Source: a bacterium
GTDB lineage: Bacteria > Bacillota_I > Bacilli_A > RFN20 > CAG-826
Assembly: GCA_963651445.1 (NCBI GenBank)
Contig: CAVJPU010000004.1
Coordinates: 10,664 to 74,663 of the forward strand
Length of the DNA stretch: 64,000 nt
Direction: 5' to 3'
The notes below the pieces were generated by a model. It saw only the letters and a program-made list of their open reading frames with translations. It was not told the origin of the DNA and made no database searches. Every line of letters starts with the position of its first letter. The first letter of the stretch is position 1. Made by a program: the position numbers and the translations under genes. Shown one piece after another: positions 1 through 9,515 of the stretch.

Positions 1-323
1 GACGCCGATGGCGATATCGTGGGATTGGCCTTTGACGCGGATATCGATTTGGCAGGTGTTGCAGCCGATACCGATTTCTGGTTTGGTATAACCAATATCT
101 TTTAAGACCAAGCGGGCAATGCCAGCATAATCAACCACGGCATTCGAAGTTATTTCCCCTGAGATGAGAACATATTCGCGGGTAGCGAAAACCTCACAAG
201 CAACATGAGAATGCGGGTCTTGTTCCAAACAAGCATCCAAAATAGCGTCGGCGATCTGGTCGCAGACCTTATCAGGATGACCTTCGGAGACGGACTCGCT
301 GGTGAATAAACGTTTTTCCATAA
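1..323 (-). CDS. metK: S-adenosylmethionine synthetase, N-terminal part (gene continues beyond the window start)
   Basis: Reverse-strand translation from the ATG at 323-321 reads MEKRLFTSESVSEGHPDKVCDQIADAILDA..., the canonical MetK N-terminus. A GGAGG RBS lies 8 nt upstream. The ORF has no stop inside the window. Confidence 0.9.
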
Positions 324-340
324 TAGGAACCTCCAAGTTA

Positions 341-368
341 CAAAAAAGCCTCCCACCGGCGGGAGACT
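341..368 (-). terminator. GC-rich hairpin (CTCCCGCC/GGTGGGAG) plus U-tract, ~20 nt upstream of the metK RBS; candidate attenuator or terminator
   Basis: The minus strand reads agtCTCCCGCCGGTGGGAGgcttttttgtaacttggaggttcctattATG. A hairpin followed by a U-run sits between the upstream gene's stop (500) and the metK start (323). Confidence 0.5.
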
Positions 369-499
369 CTAGTCTGAGATCCCTTCAAACGTCGTTCCAG
401 ATGTGGGTTCTGGCTAGAACAAGCACTTACTGCTATAGCAGAGTTGCTAGCGTTTTTTCTCAGTTCTTATAAACGCTTCTTGACGTCTGACTTTTGTGG

Positions 500-1204
500 C
501 TATGATTTTACCTTTCTTTTAGAAGGATGCAAGGGGAAGGATCTTAATTTATCTAATGCCCCATTCTTTTTAAGGGCTTTGATGACCGGAAGTAGGACTA
601 TGGCGGTCACCACCGCGGTAGCCATACCGGTAGCAAAACGTATGATGGTCTCGACCAAAACTATCTCAATCGCATAACCGATGATCAAGGAATCCAGCCA
701 TAAGGCTAGGGTATTAGACGCTGTCAGAAAGATTGCTGAAACAATCATCCCAACGAAATACCAAGCTGGTCTATCGTACAACGGTTTCCCCTTCTTCCTT
801 GAAACGAAGTCGAAGAGCCATAGAATCAACACCCTTAAAAGATGCGGAGCCATCCACAACGGGGTGGTTGGAGATAGCCCATAAGCGGATGTTAATTGTT
901 CAACGAAGGAGCCCAAAAGGGCCACCACCAAACCATCGGGAAGACCGGAGGTAAGGGTGGTAAAACAAAGCGGTATCGCAGCGAAACTGATTTGAACATT
1001 GCCTATTCTTATCTTTAAGAAAGACAAACCAATGTATAAAGCGGTCATCATTCCATCCAAGCAAATACGGAGGATGGTGAAATTAAAAGACTTCGGCTTC
1101 TTAGGAGCCTTCTTTTGCTCCCTAAAAGCCGGAGAAGAGTCTTTCTTCTTTGTTTCTTCTGGAAGCACTTCGGTATCCGTTTTCACTTCGATTTCCGTGC
1201 TCAT
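500..1204 (-). CDS. ECF-type transporter substrate-specific (S) component-like membrane protein with a charged N-terminal extension
   Basis: 234-aa ORF. After a ~50-aa K/E-rich N-terminus it has five to six hydrophobic helices with an overall ECF S-component-like architecture. Family assignment is from memory only, and the start site is uncertain. Confidence 0.5.
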   Translation of the reverse strand: MSTEIEVKTDTEVLPEETKKKDSSPAFREQKKAPKKPKSFNFTILRICLDGMMTALYIGLSFLKIRIGNVQISFAAIPLCFTTLTSGLPDGLVVALLGSFVEQLTSAYGLSPTTPLWMAPHLLRVLILWLFDFVSRKKGKPLYDRPAWYFVGMIVSAIFLTASNTLALWLDSLIIGYAIEIVLVETIIRFATGMATAVVTAIVLLPVIKALKKNGALDKLRSFPLHPSKRKVKS

Positions 1205-1266
1205 ATGTATCGGTTTGAGTATACCTTGCTTTTTTAGTAAGCAAAGAAAAAGGGAGTATGAGCTCC

Positions 1267-1533
1267 CTATTTCTGTTCTAAGGCTTCCTTCAAGGCTTGA
1301 GCGAATTGGGCTGGGCAGGAAGTATCATGGGTGCGGCTTCCACCGCATTTGACATCGCTTAAGATATCGATGAGTTCCTGAACTTTTCTTCCCTCGGCCA
1401 GACGAGAAACGCCTTGGGTGTTACCGGCGCAGCCACCGATGAAGGTGACTTTCTTCACGATATCGCCATCAATGACGATGTCAATGCGACGGGCACAGAC
1501 GCCTTTTGGGATATAGGAGATCGTCTTTTCCAT
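1267..1533 (-). CDS. TSCPD-domain small protein (TIGR03905-like)
   Basis: Translation MEKTISYIPKGVCARRIDIVIDGDIVKKVTFIGGCAGNTQGVSRLAEGRKVQELIDILSDVKCGGSRTHDTSCPAQ carries the TSCP motif. Its start overlaps the pduL stop (TAATG). Confidence 0.7.
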   Translation of the reverse strand: MEKTISYIPKGVCARRIDIVIDGDIVKKVTFIGGCAGNTQGVSRLAEGRKVQELIDILSDVKCGGSRTHDTSCPAQFAQALKEALEQK

Positions 1534-2147
1534 TATTTGACGATGGTTCCGTAGATGGTGCCAGAGCAAGCGGCGCCATTAGCTTCATCGGTGTCGATGT
1601 GCATGGCAAGGGCGTACTTCTCAGAGACACGGACGACGGTGTCGCCAAAGACGGTTTCTCTGCCGGTTCCGGTGACTAAGACCTTGACGATTTCACCATT
1701 CTTGACGCCAAAGGCTTCGGCATCTTTTGGAGTCATATGAATATGACGTTTGGCAATGATGACGCCTTCTTTGATTTCGAGTTCTTTGCCGTTGGCTGGG
1801 TTTCTTAAGATAACTGGAGCAGAGCCAGCGAGGTCGCCGGATTCTCTGATCGGAGCGGTGACGCCCAAGGAACGGGCATCGGTTAAGGATAATTCGACCT
1901 GGTCAGCGGAACGAGTTGGGCCAAGGATGGAAACACCGGTGATGACACGCGGCTTTCCGGTCTTTGGATTGACAGGGCCGACTAAGTCAAGTTTGACATC
2001 AGAGGCGAATTGTCCTGGCTGGGATAATTCCTTGCGGACATTTAATTTGGCAGTGCCTTCTGGAGCGTCCATCAAATAATCCAAAGTCTTCTGGCAGACG
2101 TGGATATGACGGGCAGAGGTTTCGACGATAAATTTAAGTTCTTCCAT
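1533..2147 (-). CDS. pduL: Phosphate propanoyltransferase / phosphotransacylase PduL
   Basis: 204-aa translation MEELKFIVETSARHIHVCQKT...KRHIHMTPKDAEAFGVKNGE has the duplicated PduL halves with conserved His motifs. RBS is AGGAGAAAT. The longer ORF-track call reaching 2678 is an antisense read-through over the mgtE 5' region. Confidence 0.85.
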   Translation of the reverse strand: MEELKFIVETSARHIHVCQKTLDYLMDAPEGTAKLNVRKELSQPGQFASDVKLDLVGPVNPKTGKPRVITGVSILGPTRSADQVELSLTDARSLGVTAPIRESGDLAGSAPVILRNPANGKELEIKEGVIIAKRHIHMTPKDAEAFGVKNGEIVKVLVTGTGRETVFGDTVVRVSEKYALAMHIDTDEANGAACSGTIYGTIVK

Positions 2148-2256
2148 AAAATATTTCTCCTGGACGTGAATTATTATATTACCCATGCCACTTCTTAAAA
2201 GAAGAAAAAGCAAAAAAATGTATTCCCACATCCAAAAAATAGGATATATTAACGGC

Positions 2257-3780
2257 ATGGAAGAATTGGACGAGAAAAAAGAAAACCAAGAGCCAGAAAA
2301 TAAGGACGAAGAATCCTTAGAGGAATATAACGTCACCACCGTTACCACCGAAGAGCTCGAACGCATCATCAAGTCTCGCGACAAAGCGGCCTTGAAGAAT
2401 CTTTTCGATACCGTCCAAGACATCGATATCGCCGAAGCGGCCAACAACCTGGAAATCACCGAATTGATCTTCCTTTTCAGAGAAGGCACCCCAGCCGAAA
2501 CCGCTCCGATCTTCGATGAATTATCGCAAGATAAAAAAGAAGAATTAATCAAGGCTATGACCGATAAGGAATTGGTGGCCTTGATTGCTGAGCAATACGC
2601 TGACGACTTGGCCGATACGGTCGGTGATATGCCAGCCAACTTAGCCATCCGTGTCTTGCGCGCTGCCGATAAGGACATGCGTCACGACATCAACGCCTTG
2701 CTTAAATATAAAGACGGAACCGCCGGGGCCATCATGACCACCGAGTTCTTGGAATTCAAGAAAGAGGAGAAAGTCGGAGACACCATCGCCAAAATCAGAG
2801 AGATTGGTCGCGAAGCCGAAACCGTCTACACCATCTTCGTTTTGAATAAGTCCCGCGAATTCGTCGGAACCGTCGACTTGGATGACCTTATCTTCGCCTC
2901 TTCAGACCAAACCTTGGAAGAAATCATGAACAAAGACGTACCGTCTTGTTACGCTTCCACCGACCAAGAAGAAGTCGCCAACATGTTCCGTAGATATGAC
3001 CTTAACGCTATGGCGGTCTTAAATGATGATGATCGTTTAATTGGTATCGTCACCATTGATGACGCGGTCGATGTTTTAACCGATGAAGCCACCGAGGATA
3101 TCGAAGCCATGAGTGGTATCCAGACCTTGGATGATTCCTATTTAAAGACCTCCCCAGCCAAGATGGCCAAGAAGTGCATCCCTTGGATTGTCACCTTATT
3201 GATTTTAGGGACCTTCAGTTCCCTTATCTTATCCATTTTCGAGGAAAAGCTGGCGATGCTACCAATTATGGCGGCCTTCGTCCCAGTCCTTATGGATACG
3301 GGCGGCAACGCCGGCGGTCAGACTATCTCCCTTATGGTTCGTGGTTTGGCTTTAAAGGAATTCACGGTCAAAGACTTCGGGAAGATTATCTTGAAAGAGC
3401 TATTATCGGCCTTGATTGTGGCCACCGTAGTCGCTGCCGTGGGCTTCGTTTGGTTCACCATTGAGCAATACACCGGTATCGTTAAGAACTCCTTGGCTTC
3501 CTCCGATGGATTAGCCACCATTTGGAATGGTCAATGCTGGACAGCGGACTTCGCCAAAGCAGCCTTCAAGGTTTCCGGAACCGTAGCCGTGACCATGTTT
3601 ATCACCGTCTTCGTTTCCAAGCTGGTCGCCGTGTGCTTGCCATTCGCTGTAGCCGCTTGCAAAAAGGATCCTGCCGTGGTCTCCCAACCGTTCTTGACCA
3701 CCATCGTCGATGTCGTTTCCTTGCTCATCTACTTTGGCGTGGCAACGTTGATGATTCTTCAGTTCATCCCAAGCATATAA
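2257..3780 (+). CDS. mgtE: Magnesium transporter MgtE (N-terminal domain, CBS pair and TM domain)
   Basis: Translation has an acidic N-terminus, a CBS pair ([11 protein letters not shown]..., [12 protein letters not shown]) and a C-terminal five-TM channel domain ([13 protein letters not shown]). The start is ambiguous (ATG at 2185, 2218 or 2257); I chose 2257 for its weak AGGAT SD. Confidence 0.85.
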   Translation: MEELDEKKENQEPENKDEESLEEYNVTTVTTEELERIIKSRDKAALKNLFDTVQDIDIAEAANNLEITELIFLFREGTPAETAPIFDELSQDKKEELIKAMTDKELVALIAEQYADDLADTVGDMPANLAIRVLRAADKDMRHDINALLKYKDGTAGAIMTTEFLEFKKEEKVGDTIAKIREIGREAETVYTIFVLNKSREFVGTVDLDDLIFASSDQTLEEIMNKDVPSCYASTDQEEVANMFRRYDLNAMAVLNDDDRLIGIVTIDDAVDVLTDEATEDIEAMSGIQTLDDSYLKTSPAKMAKKCIPWIVTLLILGTFSSLILSIFEEKLAMLPIMAAFVPVLMDTGGNAGGQTISLMVRGLALKEFTVKDFGKIILKELLSALIVATVVAAVGFVWFTIEQYTGIVKNSLASSDGLATIWNGQCWTADFAKAAFKVSGTVAVTMFITVFVSKLVAVCLPFAVAACKKDPAVVSQPFLTTIVDVVSLLIYFGVATLMILQFIPSI

Positions 3781-3827
3781 GTTTGATATTGCCGATTTAA
3801 ACTTTGATATTTATAATATCGGTTGCC

Positions 3828-3912
3828 GCGGGAATGGCGGAAATGGTAGACGCGTACGTTTGAGGGGCGTATGGGGCAACCCATGCCAGTTCGATTCTGG
3901 TTTCCCGCACCA
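3828..3912 (+). tRNA. tRNA-Leu (anticodon GAG), class II, CCA-encoded
   Basis: Hand fold: acceptor GCGGGAA/TTCCCGC (7 perfect bp); D-arm GCG-GAAATGGTAGA-CGC; anticodon stem TACGT/GCGTA with loop TTGAGGG (U33, anticodon GAG, G37); long variable arm TGGGGCAACCCATG; T-arm GCCAG-TTCGATT-CTGGT; discriminator A then CCA. Confidence 0.85.
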
Positions 3913-3925
3913 ACAAAGAATCTAG

Positions 3926-3957
3926 CCTCGCAGTTGCGGGGCTTTTTCTTTTTTTAA
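3926..3957 (+). terminator. Rho-independent terminator after tRNA-Leu(GAG)
   Basis: Hairpin CCTCGC-agtt-GCGGGG followed by cttttTCTTTTTTT. Confidence 0.7.
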
Positions 3958-3983
3958 GTTAATATGCTATATTTTTAAACGTT

Positions 3984-5516
3984 ATGGCCTTAATTGAGAT
4001 TCAAAACCTTAGATACGACTATGGCGATAAAGAGCTATATCGTGACGTCAATATGAAGATCAACAGCGGGGAACACTGCGTCCTCGTTGGGAAAAACGGA
4101 TCTGGCAAGACCACCCTCCTTAATTTATTGGTGGGCGATTTGAAGCCAGATGATGGCAGGATCATTTGGACTCCCGGCACCACCTTTTCTTATTTAGACC
4201 AGCAAATGAATGTCCGTCAGGATGTTCCAACCGAAGAATACCTCTATGGTGTATACGCCGACTTATTCATTAAAGAGAAAGAGATGGAAGAGGCTTACGA
4301 GAAAGCCGCTTTAGATCCTGATAACTACGAAAAGCATCTCGGCAAAGCGGAAAACATCCAATCCTATTTAGACGATAAAAAGTTCTATGCCTTGCAAGAA
4401 AAGGTCGGCCGTTTGACCGATGGTTTAGGCTTAGGAAAAGAGCAATTAGTCAAACACCTGTCGAAATTGTCTTCAGGGCAAAGGGAAAAAGCCTACCTTT
4501 GCAAGATGTTGTTGGAAGAACATTCCGTCCTTATCATGGACGAACCTACCAACTTCCTAGACCAACAACAAGTCGCCTGGTTGGCCTCTTATTTAAAAGA
4601 TTATCCTAAAGCATTTTTAGTGGTTTCCCACGACAGGGAATTCTGCCGGAAAATCGCTAACGTGGTGTTTATTTTAGCCAATCAGACCATCACCAGATAT
4701 CCAGGCGATTACGATCATTTCGAAAAACAATACGCCTTGGACTTAGAACAATACGAGAAGAATTACAACGCTCAGCAGCGTTACATCAAAAAAGAAGAAA
4801 CCTTCATCACCAAGCATATCGTCAGGGCCACTTCAGCCAGACAAGCCAAGTCCCACCGCGCTAGATTGGCTCACTTAGAAAGAATGGAACCTCCTGCCGT
4901 TGAAACCAACAACGTGCATTTCACTTTCCCTTTCACCCACGATGTCGGTGAACTTCCTTTAATAGTCGAAAACCTTGAGATTGGTTATGACGAACCATTG
5001 CTTGATCCAATCTCCTTTATTTTGAAAAGAGGCGAGAAGATAGCGATTCTCGGCCAAAATGGCGTTGGTAAATCAACATTTGTTAAAACCATCCTCGATT
5101 ATCTTCCAGCCTTAGGCGGCGAGTATCGCTTCCTCCCAGGCACGGAAATTAACTATTTCAACCAAGACGAGGATATCGATATGGAACTCACTCCCTTTGA
5201 ATTCCTCCGTCAAGAATATCCAAGCATGACCAACACCGAGATTAGAACCGCTTTAGGCGCGGTTGGCGTTAGAAAAGAATTGGCCATGAGGAAATTCGCC
5301 AATTTATCCGGCGGAGAAATCGTCAAAGCGAGGTTTGCTCTTATGACGAAGAAGGCCACCAACTTCTTGGTTTTGGACGAACCAACCAACCACCTCGATC
5401 AAGCCGCCAAGAACGCCTTATTTGAAGCTATCTCCAAGTTCCCTGGGGCGGTAATCCTTATCTCTCATGAGAAAGACTTCTACGACGGACTGGTTGATTA
5501 CGAACTTTATTTCTAG
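3984..5516 (+). CDS. ABC-F family ATPase (two tandem ABC domains, no transmembrane domain)
   Basis: 510-aa protein with two Walker A sites (GKNGSGKTTLL and GQNGVGKSTFV), two signature LSGG(Q/E) motifs and a ~60-aa charged inter-domain linker. Confidence 0.85.
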   Translation: MALIEIQNLRYDYGDKELYRDVNMKINSGEHCVLVGKNGSGKTTLLNLLVGDLKPDDGRIIWTPGTTFSYLDQQMNVRQDVPTEEYLYGVYADLFIKEKEMEEAYEKAALDPDNYEKHLGKAENIQSYLDDKKFYALQEKVGRLTDGLGLGKEQLVKHLSKLSSGQREKAYLCKMLLEEHSVLIMDEPTNFLDQQQVAWLASYLKDYPKAFLVVSHDREFCRKIANVVFILANQTITRYPGDYDHFEKQYALDLEQYEKNYNAQQRYIKKEETFITKHIVRATSARQAKSHRARLAHLERMEPPAVETNNVHFTFPFTHDVGELPLIVENLEIGYDEPLLDPISFILKRGEKIAILGQNGVGKSTFVKTILDYLPALGGEYRFLPGTEINYFNQDEDIDMELTPFEFLRQEYPSMTNTEIRTALGAVGVRKELAMRKFANLSGGEIVKARFALMTKKATNFLVLDEPTNHLDQAAKNALFEAISKFPGAVILISHEKDFYDGLVDYELYF

Positions 5517-5594
5517 TTATTTAATAACTTAGATTTTTCAACGAGCAATTTTCGATTTTCTTTGATATAATCTATACATATAGGAGTCATAGTT

Positions 5595-6143
5595 ATGGAT
5601 TTATACCATGAGGAAGTCCTCGAAAACATCGAGATCGTTTTGGGTGATATTACCACTTTGAAAGTGGATGCCGTCGTCAACGCTGCCAATAAATGGCTTG
5701 AATGCGGAGGCGGAGTTGACCGTGCCATCCATAAAGCTGCTGGCTATCCAGAATTGCATAAAGCCTGCAAGGCCTTAGGCGGTTGTCCAACCGGTCAAGC
5801 CAAGGTCACTCCTGGTTTTAATTTGCCAGCCAAATGGATTATTCATGCCGTCGGTCCAGTCTATGCCGGAACGGGTAAGAACCGAGTGGAATTGGCGAGT
5901 TGCTACAAGAATTCGCTGAATATCGCCTTTGAAAAGGGCCTTAAATCCATTGCTTTCCCATCCATATCCACCGGTGCTTTCTCCTATCCAAAACCAGAAG
6001 CCGCCAAGGTTGCCTTAGAAACCGTTGCTTCTTGGTTGGATGATATGAAGGAAGAACATAGTTTCTCCATCAAAGTCATCTTCTGCTGCTATAGCCAAGA
6101 CATGCTGGATTTATATAAAGAAACCTTCGCCAAGTTAAAGTAA
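5595..6143 (+). CDS. Macro-domain protein (O-acetyl-ADP-ribose deacetylase-like)
   Basis: Translation has VLGDITTLKVDAVVNAANKWLECGGGVDRAIHKAAG...GFNLPAKWIIHAVGPVY, the canonical macro-domain motifs. RBS is AGGAG. Confidence 0.85.
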   Translation: MDLYHEEVLENIEIVLGDITTLKVDAVVNAANKWLECGGGVDRAIHKAAGYPELHKACKALGGCPTGQAKVTPGFNLPAKWIIHAVGPVYAGTGKNRVELASCYKNSLNIAFEKGLKSIAFPSISTGAFSYPKPEAAKVALETVASWLDDMKEEHSFSIKVIFCCYSQDMLDLYKETFAKLK

Positions 6144-6159
6144 AAACATCGTTATCTAA

Positions 6160-6184
6160 GCCATGGTCATCCGTGGCTTTTTTA
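6160..6184 (+). terminator. Rho-independent terminator after the macro-domain gene
   Basis: Hairpin GCCATGG-tcat-CCGTGGC followed by TTTTTTT. Confidence 0.6.
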
Positions 6185-6284
6185 TTTAAGAAAACCATGT
6201 CATTTTCTTTTACGCTTTTATTTGTCAATTAACCCCGAAATCCAATAGGTTGTCAAATAACCCGTTATTTGATATAGTTTAACC

Positions 6285-7166
6285 ATGAGTAAACCAATTT
6301 TAGCTATTTTGTATGACTTCGATTCAACCTTAGCGAACTCGGATATGCAAAACTTTGGATTCATCCCAGCCATGGGATTGACTCCAGCGGAATTTTGGAG
6401 CCAGACCTCCGAATTCGGCAACAAAACACATTGTGAAAGAACCCTTTCTTATCTCTACACCATGCTTGCTTGCTGCAGAGAGAGGAATATCAAAATGACC
6501 GCCGCATGGCTCAGGGAAATGGGCGCCAACATCCAATATTACCCAGGGGTCGAAGGCTGGTTTGATCGTATCAACAAATATGGTGATGATCATGGGGTTA
6601 AAGTCGAACACTACCTCATCTCTTCCGGCAACAAGGAAATCGTCGATGGCTGTTCCATCGCCAAGTATTTTAGGAAGATGTATGCTTGCGAATTCCTTTT
6701 TGATGAAAAAACCAAGGAAGCCATCTGGCCGAAGCAAGTCATCAACTACACCCAGAAGACCCAATACTTCTTCCGTATCTCCAAAGGCGTTTATGACGCG
6801 AATGACGATAAAGGCATCAACACCCATGTCGAAAAACGTCGTATCCCTTACGGAAACATCGTCTATATCGGTGACGGAATGACCGATGTCCCAGCCATGT
6901 TAGTCGTCAAATCCAACGGAGGACGTTCCATTGCTGTCTTCGAAAAAGGCAAAGAGGAGGTCGTCAATCAGTTGGTCAAGGACGGACGTGTCAACTTCGC
7001 CTGTTTGGCCGATTATCGCGAGAACAAGAGCTTGGATAAGATTCTCAGACTCATCATTCAAGGCGTGGCCATCAATGAGCAGCTCGGCTTTCAAGAAGAC
7101 CAAACCATTGCCAAGCAAAAAGCCAGTGAGGAACAGGCTAATAGCGCTTCCAACAAAGAAGAATAA
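6285..7166 (+). CDS. HAD-superfamily hydrolase
   Basis: The N-terminal motif ILYDFDSTLA is HAD motif I (DxD), and the later IGDGMTDVPAM fits HAD motif IV. 293 aa. Confidence 0.7.
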   Translation: MSKPILAILYDFDSTLANSDMQNFGFIPAMGLTPAEFWSQTSEFGNKTHCERTLSYLYTMLACCRERNIKMTAAWLREMGANIQYYPGVEGWFDRINKYGDDHGVKVEHYLISSGNKEIVDGCSIAKYFRKMYACEFLFDEKTKEAIWPKQVINYTQKTQYFFRISKGVYDANDDKGINTHVEKRRIPYGNIVYIGDGMTDVPAMLVVKSNGGRSIAVFEKGKEEVVNQLVKDGRVNFACLADYRENKSLDKILRLIIQGVAINEQLGFQEDQTIAKQKASEEQANSASNKEE

Positions 7167-7199
7167 TCTAACGATTAAAGAACATGCTAGAATAGAGCC

Positions 7200-7850
7200 A
7201 TGGCGAATGACGCTGTGGCTCTTTTATTGATTGGAGGCCTTGGTACCCGTTATGGTACGGTCCCACCCAAGCAATTCCAGGTTTTCGAAGGCAAACCACT
7301 CTTTTTGCACGCCGCTCAGACTTTGAGCGAATCCGTCAAAAAGATCATTTATGTTTGCCACCCTTCCTATTTAGCAACAGCCAAAGAACAACTCCTTAAC
7401 GCTAATCTTTTAAGAGATGAGGATGTCATCATTCCCGGCGGCAAAACGAGACAGGAATCCGTCAGAAACGGCCTTAATTATCTAAAAGGCAAAGTCTCTG
7501 ACGAATCTATTGTCATCATCAACGACGGGAATAGACCTCATATCACCAAAAAGATGATTGAGGGTGTTATCTCAAAGGCTAAGGAAAATGGCGCCGCAGT
7601 GGTCGCATATCGCTCAAGTGATTCGATTTTGATGTCGAAGGATGGCTATTCGGTCGATAACTATGTTGACCGCAACGAAGTCTTTATCGTCCAAACCCCG
7701 CAGGCGTTCCGTTTCGGAATCATCTTGGAGGCCATCAATAAAGCCTCTAAGGATTACACCGATGATGGTTCCTTGGTTTTGGATGTAATGGGCATTAAGC
7801 CTCTTATCGAAGAAGGCTCTCTTAACAACATCAAAGTCACCACCAAGTAG
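7200..7850 (+). CDS. ispD: IspD/TarI-family cytidylyltransferase (2-C-methyl-D-erythritol 4-phosphate cytidylyltransferase-like)
   Basis: Glycine-rich N-terminus LLLIGGLGTRYG and the conserved VQTPQAFR motif. 216 aa. I cannot exclude the ribitol-5-P TarI subtype. Confidence 0.7.
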   Translation: MANDAVALLLIGGLGTRYGTVPPKQFQVFEGKPLFLHAAQTLSESVKKIIYVCHPSYLATAKEQLLNANLLRDEDVIIPGGKTRQESVRNGLNYLKGKVSDESIVIINDGNRPHITKKMIEGVISKAKENGAAVVAYRSSDSILMSKDGYSVDNYVDRNEVFIVQTPQAFRFGIILEAINKASKDYTDDGSLVLDVMGIKPLIEEGSLNNIKVTTK

Positions 7851-7861
7851 GAGGACTTTTC

Positions 7862-9502
7862 ATGGAAGAAAAAGTAGGCGATATTTTGGTAGGCACCGTT
7901 ATCAGACTCTACCCAAAATACGCGATTTTATTATTTGAATCAGGAAGAACAGGACTTCTTCATATCAGCGAGCTCAGCAATAGCTACGTCAGAAACTTCA
8001 CCGCCCTGGTCCAAGTCGGCAATATTTACAAAGTAAAGGTCATCGCCATCAACGAAGAAAATGGTTCGATGCGTGTCTCAGTCAAGCAACTTAGCGAAGA
8101 AGAGAGACATAAGAACCTCCAAGGCAACGTCGAAGAGGAAACCCGTGTTTCTTTCGATGCCTTAAAAGAGAATCTTCCGAATTGGATCGATAACCAAATC
8201 AATGTCCATAAACCAATGCCGTTGACCTTGAATACCGACCATCTCGTAAATCAAATCGACGTGGCTTCCTATCAAGATAGAGTCAATGAAATTGATAAGA
8301 TGATCGAAGAAGGAACCGGAGAAGGTGCTGATTTCTTAGGCTGGAAAGATTATCCTAACAACTACGACAAAGCTGAATTTGAACAGATTGTTAAGGACGC
8401 TAAATACGTCCGTGACAATTACGATGTCTTGGTCGTTTGCGGCATCGGCGGTTCTTATTTAGGCGCCAGAGCGGCTATCGAAGCCTTAAGAGGCACAATC
8501 CTTAAAAAGAAGCCAGAGATTATCTATTTAGGCCAAACTTTGGATCCTGATTATTTAGCTGACACCTTGGAATATTTAAAGACCAAGAAGTTCGCGGTCA
8601 ACGTCATATCCAAGAGCGGAGGTACCACCGAAACCGCCGTCTCCTTCCGTTTATTGAAGAACTTATTGGAAGCCAAAATGGGCAAGGAAAACACCAAGAA
8701 GGCAATCTTCGCCACCACCGATAAAGAACATGGCTCCTTACTGGAATTGGCTAAGGCCGAAGGCTATAGAACCTATACCATGCCAGGCAACATCGGCGGA
8801 CGTTATTCCGTCTTCACCGCCGTGGGTTTGTTTCCGATGGCCGTCGCTGGCATTGATATCAAGGTCTTCATGAACGGAGCCAAGCAAGCCATGATTGACT
8901 TAAAGGATCCTTCCTTAGAGAGCAACCCAGCCTATCGTTACGCGGTCATCCGTCATGATTTATATAAGGAAAAGAAGGATTCCGTTGAATTCCTTGTCAC
9001 TTATAGCCCGTATTTCGTTCAGATTGGCGAGTGGTGGAAGCAACTCTTCGGAGAATCTGAAGGCAAGGACGGAAAAGGCTTATTGCCAGCTTCCGTGACC
9101 TTCACCACCGATTTGCATTCCATGGGTCAATTCATTCAAGAAGGTTCCAAAATCTTCTTTGAGACCAGCATCTTCGTGAAGAGACCCCATCATCCTTTAT
9201 GCCTCAACAAAGACAAAGATGATTTGGATAAGCTCAACTACTTAGCCGGTATTGACATGAACGAAATCAAATCCAAGGTCTTCGAAGGCGTTGTATCCGC
9301 CCACGAGGAAGTCGGTAAGAATGACAATCTCATCATCGAGATCAACGAGATGAATCCATATTACTTGGGATATCTCTTCTACTTCTTCATGAAGGCCTGC
9401 GCTATGTCGGCATACTTAAATGGAGTCAATCCGTTTAACCAGCCTGGGGTCGAAGTTTATAAGAAGAACATGTTCCACCTCTTAGGCAAAGAGGGATATT
9501 GA
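7862..9502 (+). CDS. pgi: Glucose-6-phosphate isomerase with an N-terminal S1 RNA-binding domain (fusion)
   Basis: Residues 1-~80 are an S1 fold (GDILVGTVIRLYPKYAILLF...GLLHISEL...VKVIAINEENGSMRVSVK). Residues ~95-546 are a Firmicutes-type PGI (GADFLGWKDYP, VVCGIGGSYLGARAAIEAL, GESEGKDGKGL). One uninterrupted frame with a GGAGG RBS. Confidence 0.85.
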   Translation: MEEKVGDILVGTVIRLYPKYAILLFESGRTGLLHISELSNSYVRNFTALVQVGNIYKVKVIAINEENGSMRVSVKQLSEEERHKNLQGNVEEETRVSFDALKENLPNWIDNQINVHKPMPLTLNTDHLVNQIDVASYQDRVNEIDKMIEEGTGEGADFLGWKDYPNNYDKAEFEQIVKDAKYVRDNYDVLVVCGIGGSYLGARAAIEALRGTILKKKPEIIYLGQTLDPDYLADTLEYLKTKKFAVNVISKSGGTTETAVSFRLLKNLLEAKMGKENTKKAIFATTDKEHGSLLELAKAEGYRTYTMPGNIGGRYSVFTAVGLFPMAVAGIDIKVFMNGAKQAMIDLKDPSLESNPAYRYAVIRHDLYKEKKDSVEFLVTYSPYFVQIGEWWKQLFGESEGKDGKGLLPASVTFTTDLHSMGQFIQEGSKIFFETSIFVKRPHHPLCLNKDKDDLDKLNYLAGIDMNEIKSKVFEGVVSAHEEVGKNDNLIIEINEMNPYYLGYLFYFFMKACAMSAYLNGVNPFNQPGVEVYKKNMFHLLGKEGY

Positions 9503-9515
9503 TAATTCTCTATAA

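Noticed and set aside
373-499. SAM-I (S-box) riboswitch in the metK leader.
   Set aside because: The S-box hallmark elements (CTTATCAAGAG, GGAGGGA, GGCCC, GCAACC) are absent. Only the terminator-like hairpin is reported, as a candidate element of unknown class.
2148-2256. Possible M-box (Mg2+) riboswitch upstream of mgtE.
   Set aside because: The pduL-mgtE divergent intergenic region is only ~110 nt, too short for the ~160-nt M-box aptamer plus promoter. I saw no M-box-like conserved stems.
2148-2678. The 5' 530 nt of the 381-aa ORF-track call 1533..2678 (minus strand).
   Set aside because: Only the last 204 aa (from MEELKF, RBS AGGAGAAAT) are PduL. The upstream part is a low-complexity antisense read-through overlapping the mgtE promoter and 5' end on the opposite strand.
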